Part shown: positions 53,035 to 62,815 of the stretch, in pieces
How the letters are laid out: each line of letters opens with the position of its first letter
How positions within the stretch are numbered: the first letter of the stretch is position 1
DNA from: Candidatus Azobacteroides pseudotrichonymphae
GTDB taxonomy: Bacteria > Bacteroidota > Bacteroidia > Bacteroidales > Azobacteroidaceae
NCBI GenBank assembly: GCA_002091395.1
Contig: AP017913.1
Span: forward strand, 124,520 to 188,519
Length of the DNA: 64,000 nt
Direction of reading: 5' to 3'
Translations under genes and position numbers: made by a program
Notes under the pieces: model-generated
What the model was told of the DNA's origin: nothing
Databases searched by the model: none
The model's input: only the letters and a program-made list of their open reading frames with translations

Positions 53035-54081
53035 ATGAGGTTAATAACATTACCAGCAGAATGGGTTCGTCAAAGTGGAATTATACTTGCATTCCCTCAC
53101 ATGAATAGTGATTGGAATCATATTTTTAGTGAAGTTGTGCCTTGTTTTGTGTCTATTGTGAAGGAAATTATTAAAAGAGAACAGTTGATTATTTTGTGTT
53201 TTTCAATTAAAGAAGTGAAATTTGCACTTGGAAGTGTTGATTATTCTAAAATAATTTTTTGCAAACTCACTTTTAATGATGTTTGGGTTCGTGATTATGG
53301 TCCTTTGTTTATTTCTGTTGATGATAGATTGTGTATTTTGGATTTTAATTTTAATGGATGGGGGTTGAAATTTCCTGCAAATCATGATAATCAGATAGTT
53401 CGTCGTTTATATGAAAAGAAAATTTTTTCATCATTGGTTGATTATAAAAAAATAAATATGGTTCTTGAGGGAGGTAGTATTGAAAGTGATGGAAATGGTT
53501 CTATTTTAACTACTAGTCGTTGTCTGTTGTCAATAAATAGGAATGAATTTATGACTAAATCTGAATTAGAACACGCTTTTAATTTTTTATTTGGAATTAA
53601 AAGAGTGCTATGGTTACATAATGGGTATCTTGCTGGCGACGATACAGATGCTCATATAGATACATTAGCTAGATTTTGTGACAGGGAAACTATTGTATAT
53701 GTGCAATGTACAAATAAAAATGATGAACATTTTGAAGAACTTTCATTGATGGAAGCAGAATTAATGAGTTTTAAAACTTTAGAAGGTAAGCCGTATAAAT
53801 TGATCCCTCTGCCAATGGCAGAGGCTGTTTTTTATAAAGGAGAACGTTTGCCTGCTACTTACGCTAATTTTTTAATAATAAATGATGTAGTTTTGATGCC
53901 TATTTATGATTCATATTTAGATGAACTAGCAAAAACATCTTTACAAAAAGCTTTTTTTGGTAGAAATATTATTGGGATAAATTGTTTGCCATTAATTAAA
54001 CAACATGGAAGTTTGCATTGTTTAGCTATGCAAATACCGGAAAATTTTATTCTATTGATGGGTGGAAGAGAAATAGTTTAA
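53035..54081 (+). CDS. aguA: Agmatine deiminase
   Basis: The start is placed at the ATG at 53035 (MRLITLPAEW). Motifs are WVRDYGP and DTDAHIDTLARF. The catalytic Cys context is GSLHCLAMQIP. Confidence 0.9.
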   Translation: MRLITLPAEWVRQSGIILAFPHMNSDWNHIFSEVVPCFVSIVKEIIKREQLIILCFSIKEVKFALGSVDYSKIIFCKLTFNDVWVRDYGPLFISVDDRLCILDFNFNGWGLKFPANHDNQIVRRLYEKKIFSSLVDYKKINMVLEGGSIESDGNGSILTTSRCLLSINRNEFMTKSELEHAFNFLFGIKRVLWLHNGYLAGDDTDAHIDTLARFCDRETIVYVQCTNKNDEHFEELSLMEAELMSFKTLEGKPYKLIPLPMAEAVFYKGERLPATYANFLIINDVVLMPIYDSYLDELAKTSLQKAFFGRNIIGINCLPLIKQHGSLHCLAMQIPENFILLMGGREIV

Positions 54082-54093
54082 TTATTTTTGTTG

Positions 54094-54987
54094 ATGCGAT
54101 CAACAAAAATAAGATTGGGATTAGTACAGCAGTCAAATACTGATAATATTAGATTAAATGTAGATAAATTAGTCGCAAATATTGAATGGTGTGCTTCTAA
54201 AGAAGCTCAGTTAATTGTATTACCTGAATTACATAATAGTTTATACTTCTGTCAAACAGAGAATATAAAAAATTTTGACATAAGCGAAAGTATTCCTGGG
54301 TATTCTACTAAGTTGTTCGGTAATTTAGCTAAAAAATTTGGGGTTATTTTAATTTTATCACTCTTTGAAAAGAGAACGTTTGGTATTTATCATAATACAG
54401 CGGTTGTTATTGAAAAAAATGGTAGTATTGCCGGGAAATATAGAAAAATGCATATTCCAGATGACCCTTCTTATTATGAAAAGTTTTATTTTACTCCTGG
54501 TGATTTGGGGTTTCAAGTTATACGAACGTCTATCGGAAATCTTGGAATATTGCTATGTTGGGATCAGTGGTATCCTGAAGCCGCGCGTTTGATGGCATTA
54601 GCTGGAGCAGACATTTTAATTTATCCTACAGCTATTGGTCATTTTGTTTCTGATACAAATGAAGAGAAAAAAAAACAAAAAAATGCATGGATAATTTCTC
54701 AGCAAGCGCATGCTATTCACAATGGATTATTTGTTACAGCTGTTAATCGTGTTGGATATGAAGTAGATCATTCTAATAGATATGATGATGGAATTTTATT
54801 TTGGGGAAGTAGCTTTATTTGTGATCCACAAGGAGAAATTATTGACAAGGCTTCTGATATTCGAGAAGAGAATATAATCGTCGATATAAATTTTAATAAA
54901 CAAAAAAAAATTCGTTGTACATGGCCTTTTTTAAGAGATCGGCGTATTGATGCTTATCAAAATTTGATTTGTCGATTTATTGATTAG
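54094..54987 (+). CDS. aguB: N-carbamoylputrescine amidase (CN-hydrolase)
   Basis: Glu-Lys-Cys triad contexts are VLPELHN, YRKMHIPDDP and LLCWDQWYPE. The gene starts 12 nt after aguA. Confidence 0.9.
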   Translation: MRSTKIRLGLVQQSNTDNIRLNVDKLVANIEWCASKEAQLIVLPELHNSLYFCQTENIKNFDISESIPGYSTKLFGNLAKKFGVILILSLFEKRTFGIYHNTAVVIEKNGSIAGKYRKMHIPDDPSYYEKFYFTPGDLGFQVIRTSIGNLGILLCWDQWYPEAARLMALAGADILIYPTAIGHFVSDTNEEKKKQKNAWIISQQAHAIHNGLFVTAVNRVGYEVDHSNRYDDGILFWGSSFICDPQGEIIDKASDIREENIIVDINFNKQKKIRCTWPFLRDRRIDAYQNLICRFID

Positions 54988-55021
54988 AATAATTTATGTG
55001 ATTAAAAATAAATTTAGCACT

Positions 55022-57007
55022 ATGAAATTAGGGTCAAGATTGTCATCTATATTCAAAAATATTCCAAATAAATACTATAATCCACAAAATGAATTTGAAT
55101 ACTCATTATTAACTCGTCGAGAAAAATTACCTGTTAAAATTTATAAGTCGGAGGAAGAAGTTTCCATATATGTATGCAAAGAGATAGTTACAACAATAAA
55201 AGAAAAGCAAGCATTGTCTAATCAATTAGTAATTGCCATACAGAGCGGATATTACTTACAATCAATTTATAAAGAATTAGTGCGTATGCACATTGAAGAA
55301 AGATTAAGTTTTCGAAATGTTATACTTTTTAATATATATGAATATTATCCATTACAACCATATTCAGACAGTAGTTTTAGTTTTTTAAAAAAAAATTTGA
55401 TAGATCATATAGATATTCCTATCGGGCAAATATATACTCCAAATGGCCAAATGAATAAAAAGTGTATTATAAATCATTGTCGTAATTATGAAAAAATTAT
55501 TGCAAAATATGGAGGTATAGATTTTATGTTATTAGGGCTAGGGAAAAGTGGTAATATTGGAATTAACATGTCTGGAGCTGACACTAATTCTTTTACTCGG
55601 ATGGTTGTGTTGGATGCCCCTTCAAGAGAAGAGGCTGCTAGTAGTATTTTTGGGACAGTTAGCAATGTTCCTGTTGGTGCTATAACTATGGGATTAGCTA
55701 CTATTATGAAATCAAAACGGATAATAATAGTTGCATTTGGAGAGGAAAAATCGAACAGTATTTATAATGTTGTTGAAAATAGTGAAGCTAGTACTATTAA
55801 CACCTGTCTTTATGAACATCAAAATCTTTGTTTTTATATAGATAGATTGGCTGCTAACAAGTTGACTCGTATCAATCAACCATGGGTACTTGATACTTGT
55901 GAGTGGGATGATAAACTAATACGGCGTGCTATTATACAATTATGTCAAAAAACTGGAAAACCTATTTTAAAGCTTACTAATAAAGATTATCAAAATAATC
56001 ATTTGGAAGAATTACTTTCACGTTATAGTTCGGCTTATAATGTAAATATTCGTGTTTTTAATGATTTGCAGCATACAATTACTGGATGGCCTGGAGGCAA
56101 GCCTAATGTTGATGATATTAATCGCCCTGAAAAATCTCTTCCTTATCCTAAAAAAATTGTAATATTTAGTCCACATCCTGATGATGATGTTATTTCTATG
56201 GGTGGAACATTTCGTCGTTTACTTGAGCAAAATCATGATGTATATGTAGCTTACGAAACATCTGGTAATATTGCTGTAAATGATGATGATGTGTTTAGGT
56301 ACGTTTGTTTTCTTAAAGATATATTGTTGAAATATGATCCGAATAATATTGTTTTGAAAAACAAATATAATGATATTCTTTACTGTCTTTTACATAAAAA
56401 AAAAGAAGTGAATGTAATGGAGATCAAAGATATTCTTTTTATAAAGACATGTATTCGGCGCCAAGAAGCTATTGGAGCTTGTCGATATATGGGATTAGAT
56501 ACAAATAAAATTTGTTTTTTAAATTTGCCATTTTATGAAACAGGACAGATAAGGAAAAATTTTTTTTCAAAAAAAGATATAGAAATAGTTAAGAATTATT
56601 TATGTAAATTGCAGCCTGATCGAATATTTGTTGCCAGTGATTTTATAGATCCTCATGGGACTCATAAAATGTGCTTTGATTTAATATTAGTGGCTATTAA
56701 TGAATTAAACGGAGAAAAATGGTTAAATAATTGTCGAATTTGGATGTATCGTGGAGCCTGGCAAGAATGGCAAATAGAAGATATAGAAATGGCTGTGCCA
56801 ATTTCACCTGAAGAGTTGCGAAGTAAAAGGAATGCAATTCTCAGACATCAGTCTCAAATGGAAGGCGCGTTATTTTTTGGTAATGATGAACGTTTATTTT
56901 GGCAACGTAGTGAAGACAGAAATCATACTACTGCAGAATTATACAAACAATTAGGGTTAGCAGATTATGAAGCAATAGAAGCTTTTGTAGAATACAAATT
57001 AGTATAA
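55022..57007 (+). CDS. Fusion protein: N-terminal NagB-like (glucosamine-6-P deaminase fold, catalytic positions substituted) + C-terminal LmbE/PIG-L-like deacetylase domain
   Basis: The start is placed at the ATG at 55022 (MKLGSRLSS). The N-domain aligns to NagB, but FNIYEY replaces FNMDEY and GKSGNIGINMSG replaces GxDGHIAFNEPG. The C-domain carries the LmbE motif FSPHPDDDVISMGG plus DPHGTHK. Confidence 0.8.
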   Translation: MKLGSRLSSIFKNIPNKYYNPQNEFEYSLLTRREKLPVKIYKSEEEVSIYVCKEIVTTIKEKQALSNQLVIAIQSGYYLQSIYKELVRMHIEERLSFRNVILFNIYEYYPLQPYSDSSFSFLKKNLIDHIDIPIGQIYTPNGQMNKKCIINHCRNYEKIIAKYGGIDFMLLGLGKSGNIGINMSGADTNSFTRMVVLDAPSREEAASSIFGTVSNVPVGAITMGLATIMKSKRIIIVAFGEEKSNSIYNVVENSEASTINTCLYEHQNLCFYIDRLAANKLTRINQPWVLDTCEWDDKLIRRAIIQLCQKTGKPILKLTNKDYQNNHLEELLSRYSSAYNVNIRVFNDLQHTITGWPGGKPNVDDINRPEKSLPYPKKIVIFSPHPDDDVISMGGTFRRLLEQNHDVYVAYETSGNIAVNDDDVFRYVCFLKDILLKYDPNNIVLKNKYNDILYCLLHKKKEVNVMEIKDILFIKTCIRRQEAIGACRYMGLDTNKICFLNLPFYETGQIRKNFFSKKDIEIVKNYLCKLQPDRIFVASDFIDPHGTHKMCFDLILVAINELNGEKWLNNCRIWMYRGAWQEWQIEDIEMAVPISPEELRSKRNAILRHQSQMEGALFFGNDERLFWQRSEDRNHTTAELYKQLGLADYEAIEAFVEYKLV

Positions 57008-57010
57008 ATC

Positions 57011-57790
57011 ATGAGATTAGTTATTAAGCCTGATTATTTATCTATTTCAAAGTGGCTAAGTGATTATGTTGTTGAAAAAATTCTTCAATCTAATAAGATT
57101 AAAGATAAATTTTTTGTTTTAGGACTTCCTACTGGTTCGTCATCTTTAGGAATGTATAATTGTTTAATTAAGCATTACCAAAATAAAGTTATATCGTTTA
57201 AAAATGTAGTGACATTTAATATGGATGAATATATTGGATTGCCAAAGGAACATCCTGAAAGTTATCATTCTTTTATGTGGAAAAATTTTTTTAATCATGT
57301 TGATATTCTTCCTGAAAACGTTAATATACTTGATGGGAATGCTGTTGATCTAGATATTGAATGCGAAATTTTTGAAAAAAAAATAAAGAAAGTTTGTGGA
57401 ATAGACATTTTTATTGGAGGAATTGGTATTAATGGGCATATTGCATTTAATGAGCCAGGGTCATCGTTTAGTTCTCGCACTCGCATAAAAACATTAACTC
57501 AAGATACAATCATATCTAATTCTCGATTTTTCGAAAATAATATTCAAAAAGTTCCTAAACAAGTTCTTACAGTTGGTATTGGAACAATACTAGATTCCGA
57601 AGAAGTATTAATTATTATTAGTGGTCATAATAAAGCTAGGATATTATCTCAGGTTATTGAAGGGTCAGTTTCACAAATGTATCCTGTTACCGCTTTGCAG
57701 TTACATAAAAAAAGTGTTATTGTTTGTGATGAAGCTGCTACAGCAGAATTGAAAGTTGGAACATATAGGTATTTTAAAGAACTAGAATGA
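57011..57790 (+). CDS. nagB: Glucosamine-6-phosphate deaminase
   Basis: 259 aa, closely matching canonical NagB: LGLPTGSS, TFNMDEYIGLPKEHPESY and GGIGINGHIAFNEPGSSFSSRTRIKTL. It starts 3 nt after the fusion gene. Confidence 0.95.
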   Translation: MRLVIKPDYLSISKWLSDYVVEKILQSNKIKDKFFVLGLPTGSSSLGMYNCLIKHYQNKVISFKNVVTFNMDEYIGLPKEHPESYHSFMWKNFFNHVDILPENVNILDGNAVDLDIECEIFEKKIKKVCGIDIFIGGIGINGHIAFNEPGSSFSSRTRIKTLTQDTIISNSRFFENNIQKVPKQVLTVGIGTILDSEEVLIIISGHNKARILSQVIEGSVSQMYPVTALQLHKKSVIVCDEAATAELKVGTYRYFKELE

Positions 57791-58255
57791 TATAAAATTA
57801 TGAATTAAAGTTTTTAATTTAGTTCATATTTTTTGAAAAAGTAGCGTTTGAATGCGTAATATTCACTATAGGAAATTTATGTTTAAAAATGTTGTGTTGT
57901 ATAAGTATTTTTTTGTGGTGGTAGTTGAAAAATAAATTTCCAATTATTCTGTTAAGAAATAGTTATTATTTAGTATGATAATTTTAGCATTTTGAGTTTA
58001 TTATTAGTAATAAAGTTTTGTTTTTATGTAAAAAATTTTTTTTTTGTGTTTTTAACAAATAATATATCGTTGTATTAATCTATGTAATATAAAATAATTG
58101 TGTGCTGCTGTCATTTTATATTCTTTATGGTTGTATAATTTAATGAGCTAATGTTTTATAATGAATTCAGGCACTAATTTTTCAAAAAAAAAGTGATTGA
58201 ATTCAATGTTAGTAGTTATTTTTGGGTTGTTTTTAAATTAATTAAAATAATTTTT

Positions 58256-59041
58256 ATGACTTATGTTAATAAAAAAAAACCACTTATATTTATTACTAAT
58301 GATGATGGAATTTATGCAAAGGGATTAAATGAGCTTGTAAAAGGAATTCGTGATCTTGGTGAGATCATAGTTATTGCTCCTGACGGTTATCGATCAGGAA
58401 TGTCGGGTGCTATTACTTCTTTAAATCCAATTCGTTTAGAGTTACTGAAAAAAGAAGAAAATTTATCGATTTACAGCTGTTCAGGTACACCTGTAGATTG
58501 TGTCAAATTAGGAATTAATGCTATTTTAAGTAGAAAGCCTGATTTATTAATTGCTGGGATTAACCATGGTTCAAATTCTGCTTTATGTGTTATTTATTCT
58601 GGAACTATTGGAGCCACATTGGAAGGGTGTGTTATAGGTATTCCTTCTATCGGTGTATCATTAACAGATCATTCTCCTAATGCAGATTTTAGACATGCTG
58701 TAAAATATGGGAAATTAATGGCTGAGCGGATATTATCTGAAGGATTACCTAGTGGTATTTGCTTAAATTTGAATATTCCTGGAATTACTGATGTGAAAGG
58801 ATTGAAAATTTGTACGCAAACTAAAGGAATTTGGAAGGAAGAAATTAAAAAATTGAAAGATCCTTATGATAGAGTTATTTATTGGCTGAGTGGAGAATTT
58901 AGTAGTGAAGAACCTGAAAATAGTTGCTGCGATGAGTGGGCGTTATCTAATGGATATGCTGCATTAGTTCCTTTGCAAATAGATATGACAGCATATCGTT
59001 TTTATGAATCATTGAAAAAAAAGTGGGAATTATATACGTAA
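58256..59041 (+). CDS. surE: 5'/3'-nucleotidase SurE
   Basis: The start is placed at the ATG at 58256 (MTYVNKKKPLIFITNDDG). Motifs are GINHGSNS and YSGTIGATLEG. Confidence 0.92.
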   Translation: MTYVNKKKPLIFITNDDGIYAKGLNELVKGIRDLGEIIVIAPDGYRSGMSGAITSLNPIRLELLKKEENLSIYSCSGTPVDCVKLGINAILSRKPDLLIAGINHGSNSALCVIYSGTIGATLEGCVIGIPSIGVSLTDHSPNADFRHAVKYGKLMAERILSEGLPSGICLNLNIPGITDVKGLKICTQTKGIWKEEIKKLKDPYDRVIYWLSGEFSSEEPENSCCDEWALSNGYAALVPLQIDMTAYRFYESLKKKWELYT

Positions 59042-59373
59042 TTAATCTTTTTAAACCATTTTTATTAGAAAAATCATTATATACTTATCCAAGTATGTTT
59101 AGTTATACGTAATTTTTTAATCTTTTATTTTGGCATTTATTAAGTTTTTTGATTTTAAAATTGACTAAGTGACAAAATATCCTTGGAGGTATTTGTTTTA
59201 CTAAGTGATTGATAATGATGTTTTATGTATAAATAATATGTGCGTTGATTTCATGATAGTGTAGCTAATAAAATATTAAATTTTAATATTTAGTAATTGT
59301 ATTTTATATACAAATTGTTTAATATTCGCAATTAATTTATGTTAATATAAATTGACTTAAATGTTATTGATTA

Positions 59374-60504
59374 GTGAATTTCATTTTGCAACATACAAAC
59401 GCTAAAACTAATGCACGTGCTGGTTTGATCATTACAGAGCATGGTGTTATTGAAACTCCAATTTTTATCCCGGTAGGTACTAAAGGAGTTGTTAAAGCAG
59501 TACACATTAGTGAATTAGAGAAAGATATTTACGCAAAAATTATTTTAAGCAATACATATCATCTTTATTTGCGGCCCGGCATTGAAATATTGGAAAGATC
59601 AGGTGGATTACATAATTTCAGTGGATGGAAATATCCAATTTTAACAGACAGTGGTGGATTTCAATTGTTTTCTTTATCTAGTAATTGTAAAATTAAACAA
59701 GAAGGAGTTGAATTTCGTTCTCATATTGATGGTTCAAAACATTTTTTTAGTCCTGAAAAAATAATAGATGTTCAACGAAGTATTGGAGCTGATATTATAA
59801 TGGCATTTGATGAATGTATTCCTAGTAATACTAATTATGAGTATGCAAAAAAATCGCTAACATTAACTGAAAATTGGTTAGATCGTTGTTTGTATAGATT
59901 TGCTAGAACAAAGAATAAGTACGGTTATTCACAATCTTTATTTCCTATTGTTCATGGTTGTATATATAAAGATTTACGTGTAAAATCAGCAGAGTATGTT
60001 GCGTCAAAGATGGCTGAAGGAAATGCAATTGGAGGATTATCTATGGGAGAGACGAAAGAAAAAATGTATGAAATAATTGAAATAGTAAATTCTATTTTGC
60101 CAAAAGATAAACCTCGTTACTTGATGGGAGTTGGTACACCTGAAAATATTTTAGAAGGAATAGAGCGAGGGATAGATATGTTCGATTGTATAATGCCAAC
60201 ACGTAATGGTCGTAATGGTCAATTGTTTACAAAAATGGGAGTTATAAATATAAAAAATAAAAAATGGGCAACTGATTTTTCTCCTATAGAAATTAAAAGT
60301 GAATTGAATATTGATAAAATATATACAAAGGCTTATTTACATCATCTTTTTTTTTCAAATGAAATATTAGCTTTGCAAATTTCTTCAATCCATAATTTAG
60401 CTTTTTATCTTTGGTTAGTAAAAGAAGCGCGCAAACATATTATTATTGAAAAATTTTCAACTTGGAAACAAAAAATGTTAATAAATATTCAAAATAAATT
60501 ATAG
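59374..60504 (+). CDS. tgt: tRNA-guanine transglycosylase (queuine tRNA-ribosyltransferase)
   Basis: 376 aa with an apparent GTG start. Catalytic contexts LTDSGGFQ and GIDMFDCIMPTRNGRNG are present. The canonical CxCxxC zinc motif before AYLHHL is absent (see findings). Confidence 0.92.
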   Translation: MNFILQHTNAKTNARAGLIITEHGVIETPIFIPVGTKGVVKAVHISELEKDIYAKIILSNTYHLYLRPGIEILERSGGLHNFSGWKYPILTDSGGFQLFSLSSNCKIKQEGVEFRSHIDGSKHFFSPEKIIDVQRSIGADIIMAFDECIPSNTNYEYAKKSLTLTENWLDRCLYRFARTKNKYGYSQSLFPIVHGCIYKDLRVKSAEYVASKMAEGNAIGGLSMGETKEKMYEIIEIVNSILPKDKPRYLMGVGTPENILEGIERGIDMFDCIMPTRNGRNGQLFTKMGVINIKNKKWATDFSPIEIKSELNIDKIYTKAYLHHLFFSNEILALQISSIHNLAFYLWLVKEARKHIIIEKFSTWKQKMLINIQNKL

Positions 60505-60951
60505 ATATTTTGTTTTTAGTATAATTTTTGTTACGTATGAATTTTCAATTCTACTTTATAGAAAAAATATTTTATGGCTAAAATTTTATTTTTTGAAATT
60601 TTTTAATAAATCTAAATTAATTACATTGTTATTTTTTGTTTTGATTGTTTTTATGTATTCTTTTTTACAAATGTTTATGAAAATAGAAGTAATTCACGCA
60701 AAAATTAAATTTTAGGGAATAACAGATTATACACTATCTACATTTTATGTTTATTTTTATGTGTGTGTGAAATTAAATAAAATAAATTATGTGAATTTTA
60801 TATTTTTTGTGTTTTATTTAATCGTTGTAGTGTTTATGAATTTTAGTTTTTGTATTAAAACAGTTACAACTGTAGTCAAAAAGTTAGGTGAATTGATTAA
60901 AATTTGAAATTTTTATTTACTTTTAATTTTGTTGAATTTTTTTTTAAATAT

Positions 60952-61794
60952 TCAGTAAATAATGTTATCTATTAGTCTAATTTGCTCAACATGTACAGCA
61001 ATACATCCAACAATGTGTTTTGAATCATCCCAATTGGTTATAGATTTCAATGTAGTTCCATCTACTATATCAAAATACTCAACTCTGAAATTTGGGACGC
61101 TATTAATTTTGTTTATTACTATTTGTTTCAATATATAAATAGGGAAGTATTTTTTTTCTTTTTTGCTTTCTGACAAAGTGTTGAAAATTATTTTTGCATT
61201 TTCCCTTTGATTTGGAGTTAGGTAAATATTTCTACTGCTTAGAGCTAACCCATCTTTGTCTCGGACAACAGGATGGGAAATTATTTCAATATTTAAATTC
61301 AATTGTTTGACTAATTCACGAATAATTACTAATTGTTGAAAATCTTTTTCACCAAAATAGGCGCGATTAGGTTTTATAATTTCAAAAAAACGACTTAATA
61401 CTTGTGCTACTCCGTTAAAGTGTCCTGGGCGAAATTTGCCTTCCATGGTAGTTTTTAAGTTCCCAAACTTAAATTGTCTAGTGTCTGGGTTAGGGTAAAT
61501 TTCTTTTACTGTAGGTGCAAAAACAAAATGATTGTTTGTTTCTTGTATAAGAAGTCTACAGTCTGCTTCCAATGTTCGTGGATAGTTTAACAAATCATTT
61601 TCATTATTGAATTGAGTAGGATTAACAAAAATGCTAACTATAGAAATGTTATTTTCTACCACTGATTGTTTAACTAGTTCAATGTGTCCTTTGTGTAAAG
61701 CTCCCATTGTAGGCACGAATCCAATTGATTTTTTTTGTTTTTTTATTTTTAATATTTCTGTTTGTAGTTCAAAATTTGTTTTAATTATTTTCAT
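60952..61794 (-). CDS. panC: Pantoate--beta-alanine ligase
   Basis: 280 aa with motifs GFVPTMGALHKGH and YFGEKDFQQL. Confidence 0.94.
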   Translation of the reverse strand: MKIIKTNFELQTEILKIKKQKKSIGFVPTMGALHKGHIELVKQSVVENNISIVSIFVNPTQFNNENDLLNYPRTLEADCRLLIQETNNHFVFAPTVKEIYPNPDTRQFKFGNLKTTMEGKFRPGHFNGVAQVLSRFFEIIKPNRAYFGEKDFQQLVIIRELVKQLNLNIEIISHPVVRDKDGLALSSRNIYLTPNQRENAKIIFNTLSESKKEKKYFPIYILKQIVINKINSVPNFRVEYFDIVDGTTLKSITNWDDSKHIVGCIAVHVEQIRLIDNIIY

Positions 61795-61932
61795 ATATTT
61801 TAATGAATGATTATTGATAATAACTTTCCAGTATATAAAATACTCAGTTTTTATATAAAAAATTCATATAACAAAGTTATATGAGTTATGTGAGATTTTT
61901 TTATCTTTATGTTGAGTTTGTGGGGTGGATAT

Positions 61933-62757
61933 ATGAATCAAAAGAAAATTTTATTTATTACGACTGAGATGTCACCTTTTCTTCCAAGAACTGAGATGTC
62001 CATTCTTGTCAAGAAACTTTCCCAGGGAATTTTGGGACATGGAAAAGAAGTTAGAAGTTTTATGCCTAAATTTGGCATTATTAATGAGAGAAGATATCAG
62101 TTACACGAAGTAATTCGTTTTTCTGGGATAAATCTTGTTATTGGTGGATTAAATTATTCGTTGTTTATAAAAGTCGCTCCGATTCCATTTTCCCGTATAC
62201 AAGTTTATTTTGTATATAGTAAAGAATTATTCCAAGAAAAAAATATTTTGCATGATAATATGGGGAATGAATTGTTAGATAATGATGAGAAAGTTGTGTT
62301 TTTTACTCGTGGAGTAATAGAAACTGTAAAAAGATTGGGATGGTCTCCTGATTTAATTCATTGTCATGGATGGATGTCTGCATTGGTTCCTCTTTATGTA
62401 AAAAAACATTATAGTATAGATCCTGCTTTTTGTAATACAAAAGTTGTGTATTCTGTATATAATGATGTCTTTCAAAGACCTTTTGAAAATAGTTTTTTAG
62501 AAAGAATAGACATGGAAAGGATTACAGTAAGTGATATTAAAAATATTAAAAATAGAGTAGATTTTGTAGCATTGACCAAGTTGGCTATTGATTTTTCAGA
62601 TGGACTTATTCAATCAAGTATTGAAATTCATCCTGAGGTAGAACAATATATAAAGCAAATAGCAGAAGTTCCTTTTCTCAGTTACCAATCTGAAGATATA
62701 TGTATAGATGCGTATAATAATTTTTATGACCAAATATTAAACATTAGTAGCAATTAG
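61933..62757 (+). CDS. Short starch/glycogen-synthase-like protein (GT5 N-terminal domain only)
   Basis: The start is placed at the ATG at 61933 (MNQKKILFITTEMSPF). About 275 aa resemble only the N-terminal Rossmann half of GlgA, and the KTGGL motif is absent. The gene is divergent from panC. Confidence 0.7.
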   Translation: MNQKKILFITTEMSPFLPRTEMSILVKKLSQGILGHGKEVRSFMPKFGIINERRYQLHEVIRFSGINLVIGGLNYSLFIKVAPIPFSRIQVYFVYSKELFQEKNILHDNMGNELLDNDEKVVFFTRGVIETVKRLGWSPDLIHCHGWMSALVPLYVKKHYSIDPAFCNTKVVYSVYNDVFQRPFENSFLERIDMERITVSDIKNIKNRVDFVALTKLAIDFSDGLIQSSIEIHPEVEQYIKQIAEVPFLSYQSEDICIDAYNNFYDQILNISSN

Positions 62758-62815
62758 ATAGTTTTGATTTGCATTTGAAAGTTGAAAAATAAAGTTTTTA
62801 CTTATTAAGTAATAT

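Noticed and set aside
59033-59127. The 3' end of surE (TATACGTAATTAATCTTTTT, 59033-59052) recurs 71 nt downstream as TATACGTAATTTTTTAATCTTTTA (59104-59127).
   Set aside because: It is a short (11+9 nt) imperfect direct repeat in AT-rich DNA. It could be a small slippage duplication, has no evident function, and I cannot assess its significance without statistics.
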